Shown here one piece after another: positions 25,801 to 35,006 of a stretch of 52,639 bases of DNA; position 1 is the stretch's first letter, and the number at the start of each line of letters is the position of its first letter. The notes under the pieces are model-generated. The model worked only from the letters and a program-made list of their open reading frames with translations, was not told where the DNA came from and ran no database searches. The stretch covers positions 1-52,639 of the IMG/VR virus record IMGVR_UViG_3300017740_000007, one strand, 5' to 3'. The translations under genes and the position numbers were made by a program. The DNA is from a virus. Taxonomy: Duplodnaviria; Caudoviricetes.

Positions 25801-28800
25801 CTGCTTCTGTCTTTTCAACCTTTTGTTTCTTAGGAAGTATTTCATTCTTATACTTTTGCATTACCTCTAAGTCTATCTCATCAATGATACCATCATTAAG
25901 CATAGCCTTAATTGTTTTAGCGTAATCAACCTTACCGTCTTTATCAACAACTTTATTTTCAAATGCAGAATATTTTTCCTGTAGTTCAGGAACTTTAGAG
26001 TACTCTACATCAACCGCTTCTAATATTCTTTCTGTAATTTTTTCAACCTCAGCTACTGCAGATGGATTTAGAATTGCTTTCCTTTCTCCAAACTCTGTAA
26101 CTAAATCTATATACTCTTGGAATACAGACTCAGGAATCAATGAAGCTTTCATAGAAAAGATTCTATTTAACTGTGTATTAATAGCATCAGCAATACCTAT
26201 TTTAGTTCTTACGTTTTTTAATGCTTGTTTACGTTGCTTGTTTGCTACTGCAACTTCTTGTGCGTAATTAGCATTCTTAAATACTCTACGCATATATTCA
26301 ACAAAACTGTCAATAGATGCCTCACTTAACATATTAACCTTAGTAAACCTTTTTATAATAGCCGATGCTTGTTTAGAAGTTATCTTGCCCTGTTGAGCCA
26401 TCTCTCCTATTTGTTGTGCTAGTTGTCTACTCGCTTCAACAAATGCTTGTATAGCATTTTTTGCTCCACGATTTAAAGATTTAATCTGTTCTGCTAAAGC
26501 TTGTTTCTCTGTAAGAGTAATTGTTTTAGGATTTATTTTACCAAACAATAATCGTTTTGCAGACGGAGCCTTCTTTTCTTTTTGCCCAAATCTTTTTCTT
26601 AACTCACGAATCATCTTCTCTCTTTGAACGTCAGTTGAGTCTTTATAAAGTCTTGTACCTTTTAAATATTCTAAAGCTGCATTAAATATTTTAGTTGGAC
26701 TTGTACTTTCTTTTGTATTTCTAGCCTTAACCTTTTCTACAATACCATCTATTTCTCCCATCACCCTATCAAAACCTTTAGCAAACTTCTCGCTTACTTT
26801 TGATTTTTGATTTGCTTTAGGTCCTGCTTTTTCAAAAGCTACTACTATATCTTCTTGTGCTACACCTCTTCTATTAAGAACAGTTCTAATTGCAACCTCT
26901 GATATTCCTTGTCCTCTTGCATCTTTTATAAATGCAGCAACATCATCACCCAAAGAAAATCTCGGCATCATACCTTGAGATTCTTTAGCTGCATCAAACT
27001 TTATTTTTGATTTTGCATCAACTGCTTTACCTGCAAATAAATCAGCAAGACCTGTATTAATAAAGTCTTCTAAAGACATTGACTCTATTTCTTTTGTCTT
27101 AAGACCTTCAAGCGTAGTAAATTTTTCTTTAATATATTTAAAGGTGGCATTCATCCACTCTTTAAACCTAGACTTCTTTGCAGCATTAACAATAGTCTCT
27201 CCTTTATTAGCCATCATTTCTACCAATGCTTCTTCTCTAGCTAATTTGTTGTCGCCATATTTTTCTATAGCTGCTTTTAATTCAGGAGTTCCCTCAATTA
27301 ATTTTAATCCTCTTTCTAAAAGTTTAGTCCCCTTTCTTCCACTAGCCTTTGACCTTAAGAAGTCAATCCATATATGTCCGAACTCGTGAATAGGTGTACC
27401 TAAAGAAGCTTGGTCAGGATTTATAAATACTTTACCATCCTTAGTCATACCAAGAATAGTCTTTCCTTTTGAAACCTTGGTTCTAACACCCGGTTCTTTT
27501 AGCATAGCATCAAACTCCTGTTGTGTAGCCACTACTGTAACACCCGGAAATGCAAATCTAAACTTAGCAGCCAACTGTTGCATATCAGTTATACCTTCAG
27601 TTTGAACTGATGCACCCTGAAAAGCATTGTCACTAGGAGCGGTTCCCATAGTTTGAGAAGCAACATTTCTTTGTGAAGGTAATCTCCCTTTCTTATCTTT
27701 TTTAAATACTCTATTTGATTTTACTTTCCACTCAGGGAATACATCCATTCCACTTGTTGGATTTTTAATAAGCTTAATCAATCTTCCTTTAGGACCTGAA
27801 CCGTAGTTAGGATGGTCTATATCTATAACACCACCATCTAATACATCAATACCAACAATTGAAACCACGTCTCCTTTATTGGTTTTCATCATAGAGGGTT
27901 CGCCTATTGCTTGGTAAATATTTTTAGCTAAAAAGTTTTCTGCTCCCTTACCATCTGTACCGTTATACAATGCGTTTAACATTCGGTTTGATATACTACC
28001 ATCTTTACTTTTTTGTACAGACTTAGTTGTCTCAGGAGAAGTAATAAAGCCAAACAATTCTGCTCTCTCATCAAGAGTTAATGTGTTCTTGACATCTCCT
28101 TTTGCTCTAGCATTTGCATCTGCTACAACCTCATCCATCAACTGACCTAGTGTGTTAATGTTTTTATCTTCAATAAACTGTATTAGCTTAGAGGTTTTAC
28201 CAAACTTACCTGCCTTATTATTTAAATCTGAAACAAGTTCTAGTAAAGCTGCTCTTTGATTTTCTTGAGATTGAGCATTAATTTCAGGTGATAGGTATCT
28301 GTAAACAAGTTCGTTTGAATTTACTGCATCATTACCCATACGAACAATAGCCATTGGTATATGTCCTTTAGGTAATCTTCCTTCATCCCACAACCTATCA
28401 AATAAATCTTTATTCTTTTGATATAATTTTACTGCATTATCATACTGACCTTGTGATTTATCTTTAGCAACACCTGCCCAAGCCGCTTTAACTTTAGCTA
28501 ACGCATTAAACATTAGACCACCTTTAGCATTCATATCGTTGCCTCTTGAGTCTTTTATAGTTCCACCTGCAGCTATATCTGATACACCTGTAATCATAGG
28601 TATACCATTAAACTCTTCGATAGTTCCAACCATATCATCTTGGCTTTCAAAACCAAGGTCATTTATTTCGTCTTCGTTTAGATTAGTAGAAGAATTACTA
28701 TCCTCAAAAGGATTAACTGTTGTTGTAGTTTCACCTGTAGGATTTGTGAAGTTTACTTCAGCTTCATCCATTTGATTCATTTCTTCTGTGATTGCTTCTG

Positions 28801-30778
28801 AATTTGAGGGGTCAGCAACAAAAGCAGACTCTCCTTCTTCTGCAACACTAAATCTAGTTTCACCTTCTAGGTTACCCTCTAAATTATCTATATCTTGCTG
28901 AAGTATTTGAGATGCTCTTTCATCAACCATTTCATTGGTCAATTCGTATTCTTTAATACCTTGTTCAGCCATCTCATTTTCCATTTGCTCAATGGCTCTG
29001 TCTTGTAATTCTAATTTTTCATCAGGAGATAAAGCATTATATTCTTCTATACTTGATTTAACTGATTCAGCTACATCAGATACAACTTGTTCTGTTTCAG
29101 CAGCCGCTTCATCAGCTAGTTGGTTTTCTTGTAAGTCTACTATTTGTTTTTTTAAATCAGCAATTTTTTTCTTACCCGTTACTGTACCTAATACTCTACC
29201 CTCTAGTTCTTGAACCTGTCTTTCTAAATCTACAATAGCATCCACCGTTGGACCGTTTAGGTCAGGGTTTGCCGCCATAACAGATTCCTTAGTTCTACCT
29301 GCTAGAATTTTATCTTGTAATTTTTGTGCTCTACCTTCAAAGTCATTATCTATTTGTATTTTAAAATTAGGAGCGGTTAATTGCTCATAAGTCATACCAT
29401 CAATAACTTTATCTATTTCTTCTACAGTAGCTTTCTTTCCGTTAATTTTATATTTAGGGTTTTGATATCTAACTGCAATTAAATCCTTTACAGAACCCGG
29501 TGCTTCAGCAATACCTTCTAGTAGTATCTCACCGGTATCAAATTCTTGTCCTTGCTCACCGTATATATTAGTAGCTGCAATACCTGCGGTTTCACCAATA
29601 GAACCACCTACTGATTCAACTCCCATAGCACGACCAATTGCTTTTCTTTTTAATGCTCTTGATGCAGATTTAGTTCCTGCGGCACCTGCTTTTGTAAGTA
29701 ATGGTTTTGCTACCTTACCACCTAATCTACCTGTTAATGCATCTATAGTACCGATTGCCATACCTCTTGCGATGGCATCAAATCTTAGTTCATCAACAAC
29801 CTCTTCATTAGATAGTAATTCTCTTACGTTATCTGCAGTTAATTCTTTTCCTTGAACTTCAAGTCTTTCTTTTAATAACTCTCCATAAGTTAAACCTGTT
29901 TCTAAAACTGTACTAGCTGCGGCAAAAGCATAAGGTAAACTAGCTGCGGCACCTGCAACTGCACCCGGTGCTGCTCCAACACCACCTGCTAATGCACCTG
30001 TACCTGCACCATAAGCAGTACCTGCTGCAATAACTGCACCTCCTGCTGCTGCTGAATCTTCATTAGCCATAGCCGAAAAAGAACTAGCTAATACTTCAGG
30101 AATAACACTAGGGTTTAATACGAGTCCCTTTATTGTTCCCCATACACCCTTACCTTCTTCTTCATAAATTCTTTGATAATCTTGCATTTCATCAGAAGGA
30201 CCTAATTGAGTAGCCTTTTGACTTTTAGCTATAAATTCTTGTATGTCTTCATAGGTAGCAGAAGTACCACCCATAAGTAAATCGTTACCACTTTCTGCAA
30301 TCTGACCATTTTGAAAACCGGCATCAATTGAACGAGCCATATCATCAATAAAATCTCCTACACCTACAGGACTAATAGCATCTATACCCCTTAGTATATC
30401 GCCAAATGTTCCTTGAAAGTAATCAACCTCCTCAGAAACGGGAGACGGTGAAGTTGTAGCATTTGATGTGCCATCCGAAAAACTTGAAACGAAATCCGGA
30501 GAATCTTTTTTTTTTAATGAGCCTTGCTCAACATAAGATTTAAATTCCTCTACACCATAGCGGTTTACTAAATCTCCTTCAGAGTAAACTTTACCATTAG
30601 GTGTTTCATAAAAATGACCACCATCTTGAAAATTTAATTCAGGTGTTTCTTCTTCTACAAATTCAGTTAACTGCCCTTCGTTTACAAGTTGGTCAAACCC
30701 TTCATCACCATATCTTTCTAGTGCTTCTGATTGACTAATCTTATAACCATTGGGTGTTACATAAAAAATTTCATCCAT
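22859..30778 (-). CDS. Giant internal virion/ejection protein with zincin-like metallopeptidase motif (polyvalent-type)
   Basis: 2639 aa; GKVFINP...TPIHEFGHIW...EEALVE; Gly/Ala-rich hydrophobic segment near the N-terminus; last gene of the ejection cluster. Confidence 0.75.
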   Translation of the reverse strand: MDEIFYVTPNGYKISQSEALERYGDEGFDQLVNEGQLTEFVEEETPELNFQDGGHFYETPNGKVYSEGDLVNRYGVEEFKSYVEQGSLKKKDSPDFVSSFSDGTSNATTSPSPVSEEVDYFQGTFGDILRGIDAISPVGVGDFIDDMARSIDAGFQNGQIAESGNDLLMGGTSATYEDIQEFIAKSQKATQLGPSDEMQDYQRIYEEEGKGVWGTIKGLVLNPSVIPEVLASSFSAMANEDSAAAGGAVIAAGTAYGAGTGALAGGVGAAPGAVAGAAASLPYAFAAASTVLETGLTYGELLKERLEVQGKELTADNVRELLSNEEVVDELRFDAIARGMAIGTIDALTGRLGGKVAKPLLTKAGAAGTKSASRALKRKAIGRAMGVESVGGSIGETAGIAATNIYGEQGQEFDTGEILLEGIAEAPGSVKDLIAVRYQNPKYKINGKKATVEEIDKVIDGMTYEQLTAPNFKIQIDNDFEGRAQKLQDKILAGRTKESVMAANPDLNGPTVDAIVDLERQVQELEGRVLGTVTGKKKIADLKKQIVDLQENQLADEAAAETEQVVSDVAESVKSSIEEYNALSPDEKLELQDRAIEQMENEMAEQGIKEYELTNEMVDERASQILQQDIDNLEGNLEGETRFSVAEEGESAFVADPSNSEAITEEMNQMDEAEVNFTNPTGETTTTVNPFEDSNSSTNLNEDEINDLGFESQDDMVGTIEEFNGIPMITGVSDIAAGGTIKDSRGNDMNAKGGLMFNALAKVKAAWAGVAKDKSQGQYDNAVKLYQKNKDLFDRLWDEGRLPKGHIPMAIVRMGNDAVNSNELVYRYLSPEINAQSQENQRAALLELVSDLNNKAGKFGKTSKLIQFIEDKNINTLGQLMDEVVADANARAKGDVKNTLTLDERAELFGFITSPETTKSVQKSKDGSISNRMLNALYNGTDGKGAENFLAKNIYQAIGEPSMMKTNKGDVVSIVGIDVLDGGVIDIDHPNYGSGPKGRLIKLIKNPTSGMDVFPEWKVKSNRVFKKDKKGRLPSQRNVASQTMGTAPSDNAFQGASVQTEGITDMQQLAAKFRFAFPGVTVVATQQEFDAMLKEPGVRTKVSKGKTILGMTKDGKVFINPDQASLGTPIHEFGHIWIDFLRSKASGRKGTKLLERGLKLIEGTPELKAAIEKYGDNKLAREEALVEMMANKGETIVNAAKKSRFKEWMNATFKYIKEKFTTLEGLKTKEIESMSLEDFINTGLADLFAGKAVDAKSKIKFDAAKESQGMMPRFSLGDDVAAFIKDARGQGISEVAIRTVLNRRGVAQEDIVVAFEKAGPKANQKSKVSEKFAKGFDRVMGEIDGIVEKVKARNTKESTSPTKIFNAALEYLKGTRLYKDSTDVQREKMIRELRKRFGQKEKKAPSAKRLLFGKINPKTITLTEKQALAEQIKSLNRGAKNAIQAFVEASRQLAQQIGEMAQQGKITSKQASAIIKRFTKVNMLSEASIDSFVEYMRRVFKNANYAQEVAVANKQRKQALKNVRTKIGIADAINTQLNRIFSMKASLIPESVFQEYIDLVTEFGERKAILNPSAVAEVEKITERILEAVDVEYSKVPELQEKYSAFENKVVDKDGKVDYAKTIKAMLNDGIIDEIDLEVMQKYKNEILPKKQKVEKTEAEIEAERQEVIANIKKLPALKISELPSKFERKVAAMFESLINNIEAIENLSLEDLKQIDKLYNNINNGYTPHLVQVMNEKMDAQLKGKELAGGISGSKLLPVTKMYAKFKSIFTRKGSVLEAIRRNPLFYVDQVFGNFKSKPIFNTLFNPSAKAKELFTSQFKRLRGKIDAAEAAVAKSFKQNPNKTLMSKFKQMVYMIQLEHDSNLGNPETRHQAAAYIKKTIEAIDTDKTTFSQQDSEMLAEILEKFTDKETGEINLEKLYNSFNEAEKNSIKVIQEVNSELGPMAVQTASIIRGTGIKPRNNYVHLNVVTDRGLDPNSNESFIQQYMNGLRGSTKAKSLIKREGVVSALNFDVYASATRGAKGVLLDFHMTEPIRTARRTLNVAEQRLKGDKARMDSKDREKFNAIRDAYEEVVENMLTTAYQQTTIAEEAMNWLKKNGYRAILASSTRWIAELTSNAAFAMITNPVAFVKGSKFGVKFLNSDAAPKAMENLKSKQTNRIYPNEDMSGRMIDTNIMKESEGIKGGRAMGRFKNKLVQIWNRSGKKYQSGVATLADGLISTPDKIVMRPMWFGSFASEFKKITGIEPDMDKIAANDSKYMADNAEALAKATEVADETSVMTGSTANPFLGILKGTRKPGDSGFKTAFNAFNTFMTTFLIYEFVTARTGIVNAIGRGHLSKRKGAALLAGSTTRMIMYTMMAQVLGEALASIAGEEEEPKDLEKKLGQAVASSMLGLIVGRDFGNATKAILNMGIEEFNKEFLDFLRDGEYDVYKDGLSYQVVPKNKDGRGSSLGDILTNMAASLGPAVKTADFIVKKATSAPKKTVEAQERQEDELMYRLPLELLGNSGFIPMYKDVRRLVLRSLYGEMNKKQAQERKAAAIEKEKLGNYSSRSEMKRYNYRLWYDTFGPNSPDYESEQQKKEQKRREAELNRLLKDKEMNYTSGSSFGSGSFGSGDGFGKKKRKKKGKDTFGSQKFGN

Positions 30779-30790
30779 AGTTCTTTTCTA

Positions 30791-32791
30791 TTAACAATTG
30801 ACCTGTAGTCCTGTTGCAAGTTCTTCTTTCTTACCATTAACACAAGGACCATACTTACCTTGACCACCTGTAAACTTTTGGTCTCTTGCTAGGGTTTCTA
30901 TTTGCTTAGTTTGTTTCAACACATAAGTCAACCACTTCTCAAATCTTTGTTCTTCTTCTAGTGCATTAGAATCTATATTAATATCTGAATCTAAATCAAA
31001 CTCCGCAGGATATTCTGCATTACCTTTCCAACCATCTATAGTTACACGGGTATTATCCGTTGTTCCAATTCCTGTCGCTACCGCTTTAAGACCATACTTA
31101 CTATATCTATCATTTAAAGCTTTAGCTACTTTTTTATCACTTTGGTCTAAGAATGGTTCCTCAGTACCCATACTGCCCGTAACCTTAGGGAATCCTTTTT
31201 TAATGAATGAACTCACCTCTGTGTCAAATCTTCCTTGGTTACCTTGTCTGTTTGCTCCTGATTCTCCGAAGTCTGTGTTAAGAGGCTTACTGTTACCGTC
31301 AGCATCTTTAATAAATCCTCCTGCATTTAATGCTTTTGTAGGGTCATCAAGACCTGTAATCTCATTACCTAGTATTGCCCAATCTTCATCACTAATATCC
31401 TCAGTGAAATCAATTCTTCTATTTTTAACAGGGTCAGTATATACAAACTCTATAGACAATCCATCAGTTGATGGGTTAACACCAATCAATCCTGCCGCTT
31501 TACCTTCCGCAGTACCAATTAAAGATTCAAAAGAAGCAACTCTTTCGTCAGCCGTTTGACCTTTAATAGAGTTCCAAGTTCTTTGAATATTTTCTTTAGC
31601 TTTATCCTCTCTTTTATCATCTCTAACATCTTTAGGTGCATATGTAGGAGCATTGTAATCTTTAGGTGCAGCTTTGTATTCTTCTGTTTTATCTAACTGC
31701 ATACGAAGCTGAACTTTCATTGCCTCTTCTGCTTTAGCTTGTTGCTCATCGGTAAGTTCTGCTTCAAGCTTACCGTTGTTATTTACCATTAATACCTTCA
31801 GAGGGTCTGCTGCGGCTTCCTTAGGGTCCATTGTTGGAGTATACCCATCACCTTGCAAGAAATCTACAAGCACTGATGCTGCAGAGTTGTCTCCAATACC
31901 TAATTGACTCTTAACAAAACTGTCTTCTGCTTTTTCATACATAGACATAACCTTTACATCTTCAGGTTTGATTCCTGCTTTTTTAGCAATCACTGCAATT
32001 TGTGCATCAGTTAGGTCTGCTAATGAACCAAAGCCTTCTCTTTTTGTAATATCTGAAACCTCGGTCACTAAACCATTGGCTCTATATCCACCCATTTTTC
32101 GTTGAACTTCTTTATCTACACCTAATGATTTGGCATATTCATCAACTGTACCTATTACATCATACTTGGTGTAAGTTCCTTTAATTCTGTTCTCTAAGTT
32201 TTGAACAGTCATTAAGTTATTTTCGTCAGGTATTCTTGGACCATTCGGATTGTTAGGGTCAGGTATCATTTTAGCCATAGACATAATACCTGTTTGTGGA
32301 TTTATAATAAGTTTACTGTCTTGGAAATTTCCAAAGCCTTCAACTAATCCCATAGACCAATTCTGTATTTCTGAAGCTTGTTCTCCAACAGGAAGGTTGG
32401 AGTTATTCATAGCCATTTTTCTTTTGTACTCAGCATTATAATTTTCAAACAAACTAAAAGCTTGGTCAGTTCCATCAACTAAATTTTGTCTAGTAATGGT
32501 ATATTGTCTTGGGTCTAATTGTCCTGATTTTAAAAGAGTTTCCTGCATCAACATAACCTCTTGCAAATCAGCACCTGCATTTAAAGCGAATTCATTTAAC
32601 TGTGTATTTTCTCCTTGAGGTATATTGTTTAATACCTTTTGCATTTCACGAGTAGCTGCATCAATTGCACCTTTTTTCTCCTCACGAACTCTGTTTTCTT
32701 CTTTAAGAGTATTAGTTAAATTAGAACCTACTTCTGCCCAATTTATATTATCCTCTGCTTTTCTTTCAACGTATTTATATGCTGTTGCCAT
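30791..32791 (-). CDS. Putative internal virion/ejection protein
   Basis: Position; helical composition. Confidence 0.6.
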   Translation of the reverse strand: MATAYKYVERKAEDNINWAEVGSNLTNTLKEENRVREEKKGAIDAATREMQKVLNNIPQGENTQLNEFALNAGADLQEVMLMQETLLKSGQLDPRQYTITRQNLVDGTDQAFSLFENYNAEYKRKMAMNNSNLPVGEQASEIQNWSMGLVEGFGNFQDSKLIINPQTGIMSMAKMIPDPNNPNGPRIPDENNLMTVQNLENRIKGTYTKYDVIGTVDEYAKSLGVDKEVQRKMGGYRANGLVTEVSDITKREGFGSLADLTDAQIAVIAKKAGIKPEDVKVMSMYEKAEDSFVKSQLGIGDNSAASVLVDFLQGDGYTPTMDPKEAAADPLKVLMVNNNGKLEAELTDEQQAKAEEAMKVQLRMQLDKTEEYKAAPKDYNAPTYAPKDVRDDKREDKAKENIQRTWNSIKGQTADERVASFESLIGTAEGKAAGLIGVNPSTDGLSIEFVYTDPVKNRRIDFTEDISDEDWAILGNEITGLDDPTKALNAGGFIKDADGNSKPLNTDFGESGANRQGNQGRFDTEVSSFIKKGFPKVTGSMGTEEPFLDQSDKKVAKALNDRYSKYGLKAVATGIGTTDNTRVTIDGWKGNAEYPAEFDLDSDINIDSNALEEEQRFEKWLTYVLKQTKQIETLARDQKFTGGQGKYGPCVNGKKEELATGLQVNC

Positions 32792-32800
32792 ATTATAATT

Positions 32801-33661
32801 TTATTCAGGTAGGTAATTAAAGAAATCCAATCCGTTTCTACCACCGGTACCTTGCATATACTGATTATAATTTTGAGAATATTGTTTGTTATTAAACAAC
32901 ATTGCTTCTTGTTGTGGATTTAGTTCTCTTTTAAATTGTCTAAATTGTTTGTTGGACATATTAGCAACTGAACCTAAATCTAAATTAGTAAATCCGGCAC
33001 CACCGGCTTCACCCATACTTTTAGATACACCACCATTTTTACCCATTACATTTCCAAACTTATCAAATTGTGCTTGGTCCATTTGCATACCACCAACTGC
33101 TGCTTTTTGTGCTGATTGGTTTTGCTTATATAAAGGAACCATAGATACTGCTTGACCTATAGTAGAAACCGCACTCTGTATACCTTGGTTTTTTGCTGCT
33201 TGTGCTGCTCTTTGAGCATCTGCTGCTTTCTGTTGATTACCCGCAACTTCTTCTAAGTCTAAAGCCACATCTAAATCTCTAAGTCTTGAGTCTTCTTCTA
33301 CAATTGCAGCTTCAATATTGGTTAATTCATCACCCATTGCGGCACGAGTTTGTGCTTGTCCTGCTTGTTGTGCGGCAAGAACTCTACCTGCAGTAGCTGC
33401 TCCACCTCTATCGCTTTCTACACCTGCTTCTAAAGCTTGTGCACCTGCGGCTAGGTTAGCTTCTCTCTCAAGTTCGTAACCTTCTTTTTTAATGGACATT
33501 TGTTCTGCAAAGTTAACTTCTAGTTTTCCTCTCGCTGCTTCCATTGCAGCATCAGCTTCTGCTTCTGCTTGAGCCTGAAGCTTTTTTTGCTGACCTGCTT
33601 GAGCAAACGACAAACCTGTTGATATTGCTCCAATTGCTAATCCTGCTATTGCTGCTGACAT
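32801..33661 (-). CDS. Putative ejection (pilot) protein
   Basis: Ala/Gly/Gln-rich with hydrophobic N-terminus. Confidence 0.65.
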   Translation of the reverse strand: MSAAIAGLAIGAISTGLSFAQAGQQKKLQAQAEAEADAAMEAARGKLEVNFAEQMSIKKEGYELEREANLAAGAQALEAGVESDRGGAATAGRVLAAQQAGQAQTRAAMGDELTNIEAAIVEEDSRLRDLDVALDLEEVAGNQQKAADAQRAAQAAKNQGIQSAVSTIGQAVSMVPLYKQNQSAQKAAVGGMQMDQAQFDKFGNVMGKNGGVSKSMGEAGGAGFTNLDLGSVANMSNKQFRQFKRELNPQQEAMLFNNKQYSQNYNQYMQGTGGRNGLDFFNYLPE

Positions 33662-34164
33662 AATTTTTTATTTTTTTTAATTACAGATGTAGGTAACTCA
33701 TTGAAATCTTCAGTAAACAATTCTTTTTCAGCTTCCTCCACTGTTTTTGCATCTGTTCTATATGTACATACCCATACACAATCTTCGTGCATATAAGCAA
33801 CTCTCTGTGTTCCTACTTCTGTTTGCACCACCATCGGTGCTTTTATTCTTTTTACCTCTGCCTTATCTGTTAAAATAGACATCTCACCACTTAAAAAAAA
33901 TGATGGATGATTTACTTTATGTATAAAGCTTAAAACCAACATTCCTTTAGGCATAAAAATTTCCCTAGTATAAATACCATCTTTAATATGGTGTTTAAGC
34001 GGCATAGCTTCTTGCATCTCAGGAGTGTGGTGCTTTACAGTTTCTTCAATTGAAAGCAATTGTCCTTTGAATTCATTAATCTTTTCCCACAATACTCCTC
34101 TGTTTTGACCAATAGTTTCCAAAACAGATTCAGGATTAGACTGTACTATTTGAACTTCATCCAT
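33646..34164 (-). CDS. Cupin-like protein
   Basis: LKHHIKDGIYTREIFMPKG...IHKVNH; promoter box at 34172-34179. Confidence 0.7.
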   Translation of the reverse strand: MDEVQIVQSNPESVLETIGQNRGVLWEKINEFKGQLLSIEETVKHHTPEMQEAMPLKHHIKDGIYTREIFMPKGMLVLSFIHKVNHPSFFLSGEMSILTDKAEVKRIKAPMVVQTEVGTQRVAYMHEDCVWVCTYRTDAKTVEEAEKELFTEDFNELPTSVIKKNKKLCQQQ

Positions 34165-34185
34165 ATTGTAGCAAAGATACTAATT

Positions 34186-34995
34186 TTAAGGGAATGATTT
34201 CATTACTTCAGACTCAACTGAAAATAACTCTATTTTACTTGTATTGTCGTTTGTTAAAGTAAATACACTATAGTGCCCTAAAATACCGTGAGATTCTGCA
34301 ACAGAATTTTTAATATATAAGATATACTCAGTTGTAGTTGGTGCAGGTACGGCTCCTACTATGGTATTATCCACAACTATTTCGTTTATACCTGCAGGTA
34401 AATTTACATTTATAGCAGTTACTTGACCTAAAAGAGAAGGGTTAGGATTTCCAAAGTAAACCATATCTCCAACAGAAATTATATTCCCTAAGTATACACC
34501 TGTTATAAAAGAAACAGTAGTTTCGTTTCCTGCAACAACTATATTTTGACTAGAACCAATACCATTTAAAGACCTTAATGCATACTGATTAGGATTTGCA
34601 GGAGATGTAAATGATTGTCCTGAGTTTCTAATAAAAGCATAAAAGTCTCCCTCTTTCTTTTCAAAGTAACTTGCTTCTATAAATCCTGTGTCTTGTTGGT
34701 CACTTGTTATGATTGCTCCCCAAGCATCATCTCCTTCTAAATTAATAGTTTTAAATAATTTATTATGTAAAGGTTCTTCATTAAAAACTGACTGCAATTT
34801 AGATGGGTAATTCACACCATAATATTGGTTCCTAGTTTCGTTAGTGTTATGACGGTAAAGATTACCCCTGTAAAACGTATAGAAGTAACTATTCATTCCC
34901 ATCATAAAATCAGGAACGTAAGAATAAAACGAAGGGAATCCTCCAACTCCCGGGTCGTATGATATAGTATAAGTACAATTATTTTGAGCAGCCAT
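34186..34995 (-). CDS. Tail protein resembling the C-terminal part of stabilization/nozzle proteins
   Basis: TISYD...FPSFYSYVPD, KLFKTINLEGD, EKKEG, IELFSVESEVMKS. Confidence 0.6.
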   Translation of the reverse strand: MAAQNNCTYTISYDPGVGGFPSFYSYVPDFMMGMNSYFYTFYRGNLYRHNTNETRNQYYGVNYPSKLQSVFNEEPLHNKLFKTINLEGDDAWGAIITSDQQDTGFIEASYFEKKEGDFYAFIRNSGQSFTSPANPNQYALRSLNGIGSSQNIVVAGNETTVSFITGVYLGNIISVGDMVYFGNPNPSLLGQVTAINVNLPAGINEIVVDNTIVGAVPAPTTTEYILYIKNSVAESHGILGHYSVFTLTNDNTSKIELFSVESEVMKSFP

Positions 34996-35006
34996 ATATT
35001 AATTTT

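Noticed and set aside
23133-31559. Numerous plus-strand ORFs opposite the giant and ejection genes (also opposite groEL, portal and terL)
   Set aside because: Antisense shadows of codon-biased genes, rich in Ser/Leu/Phe/Ile, with no recognisable motifs.
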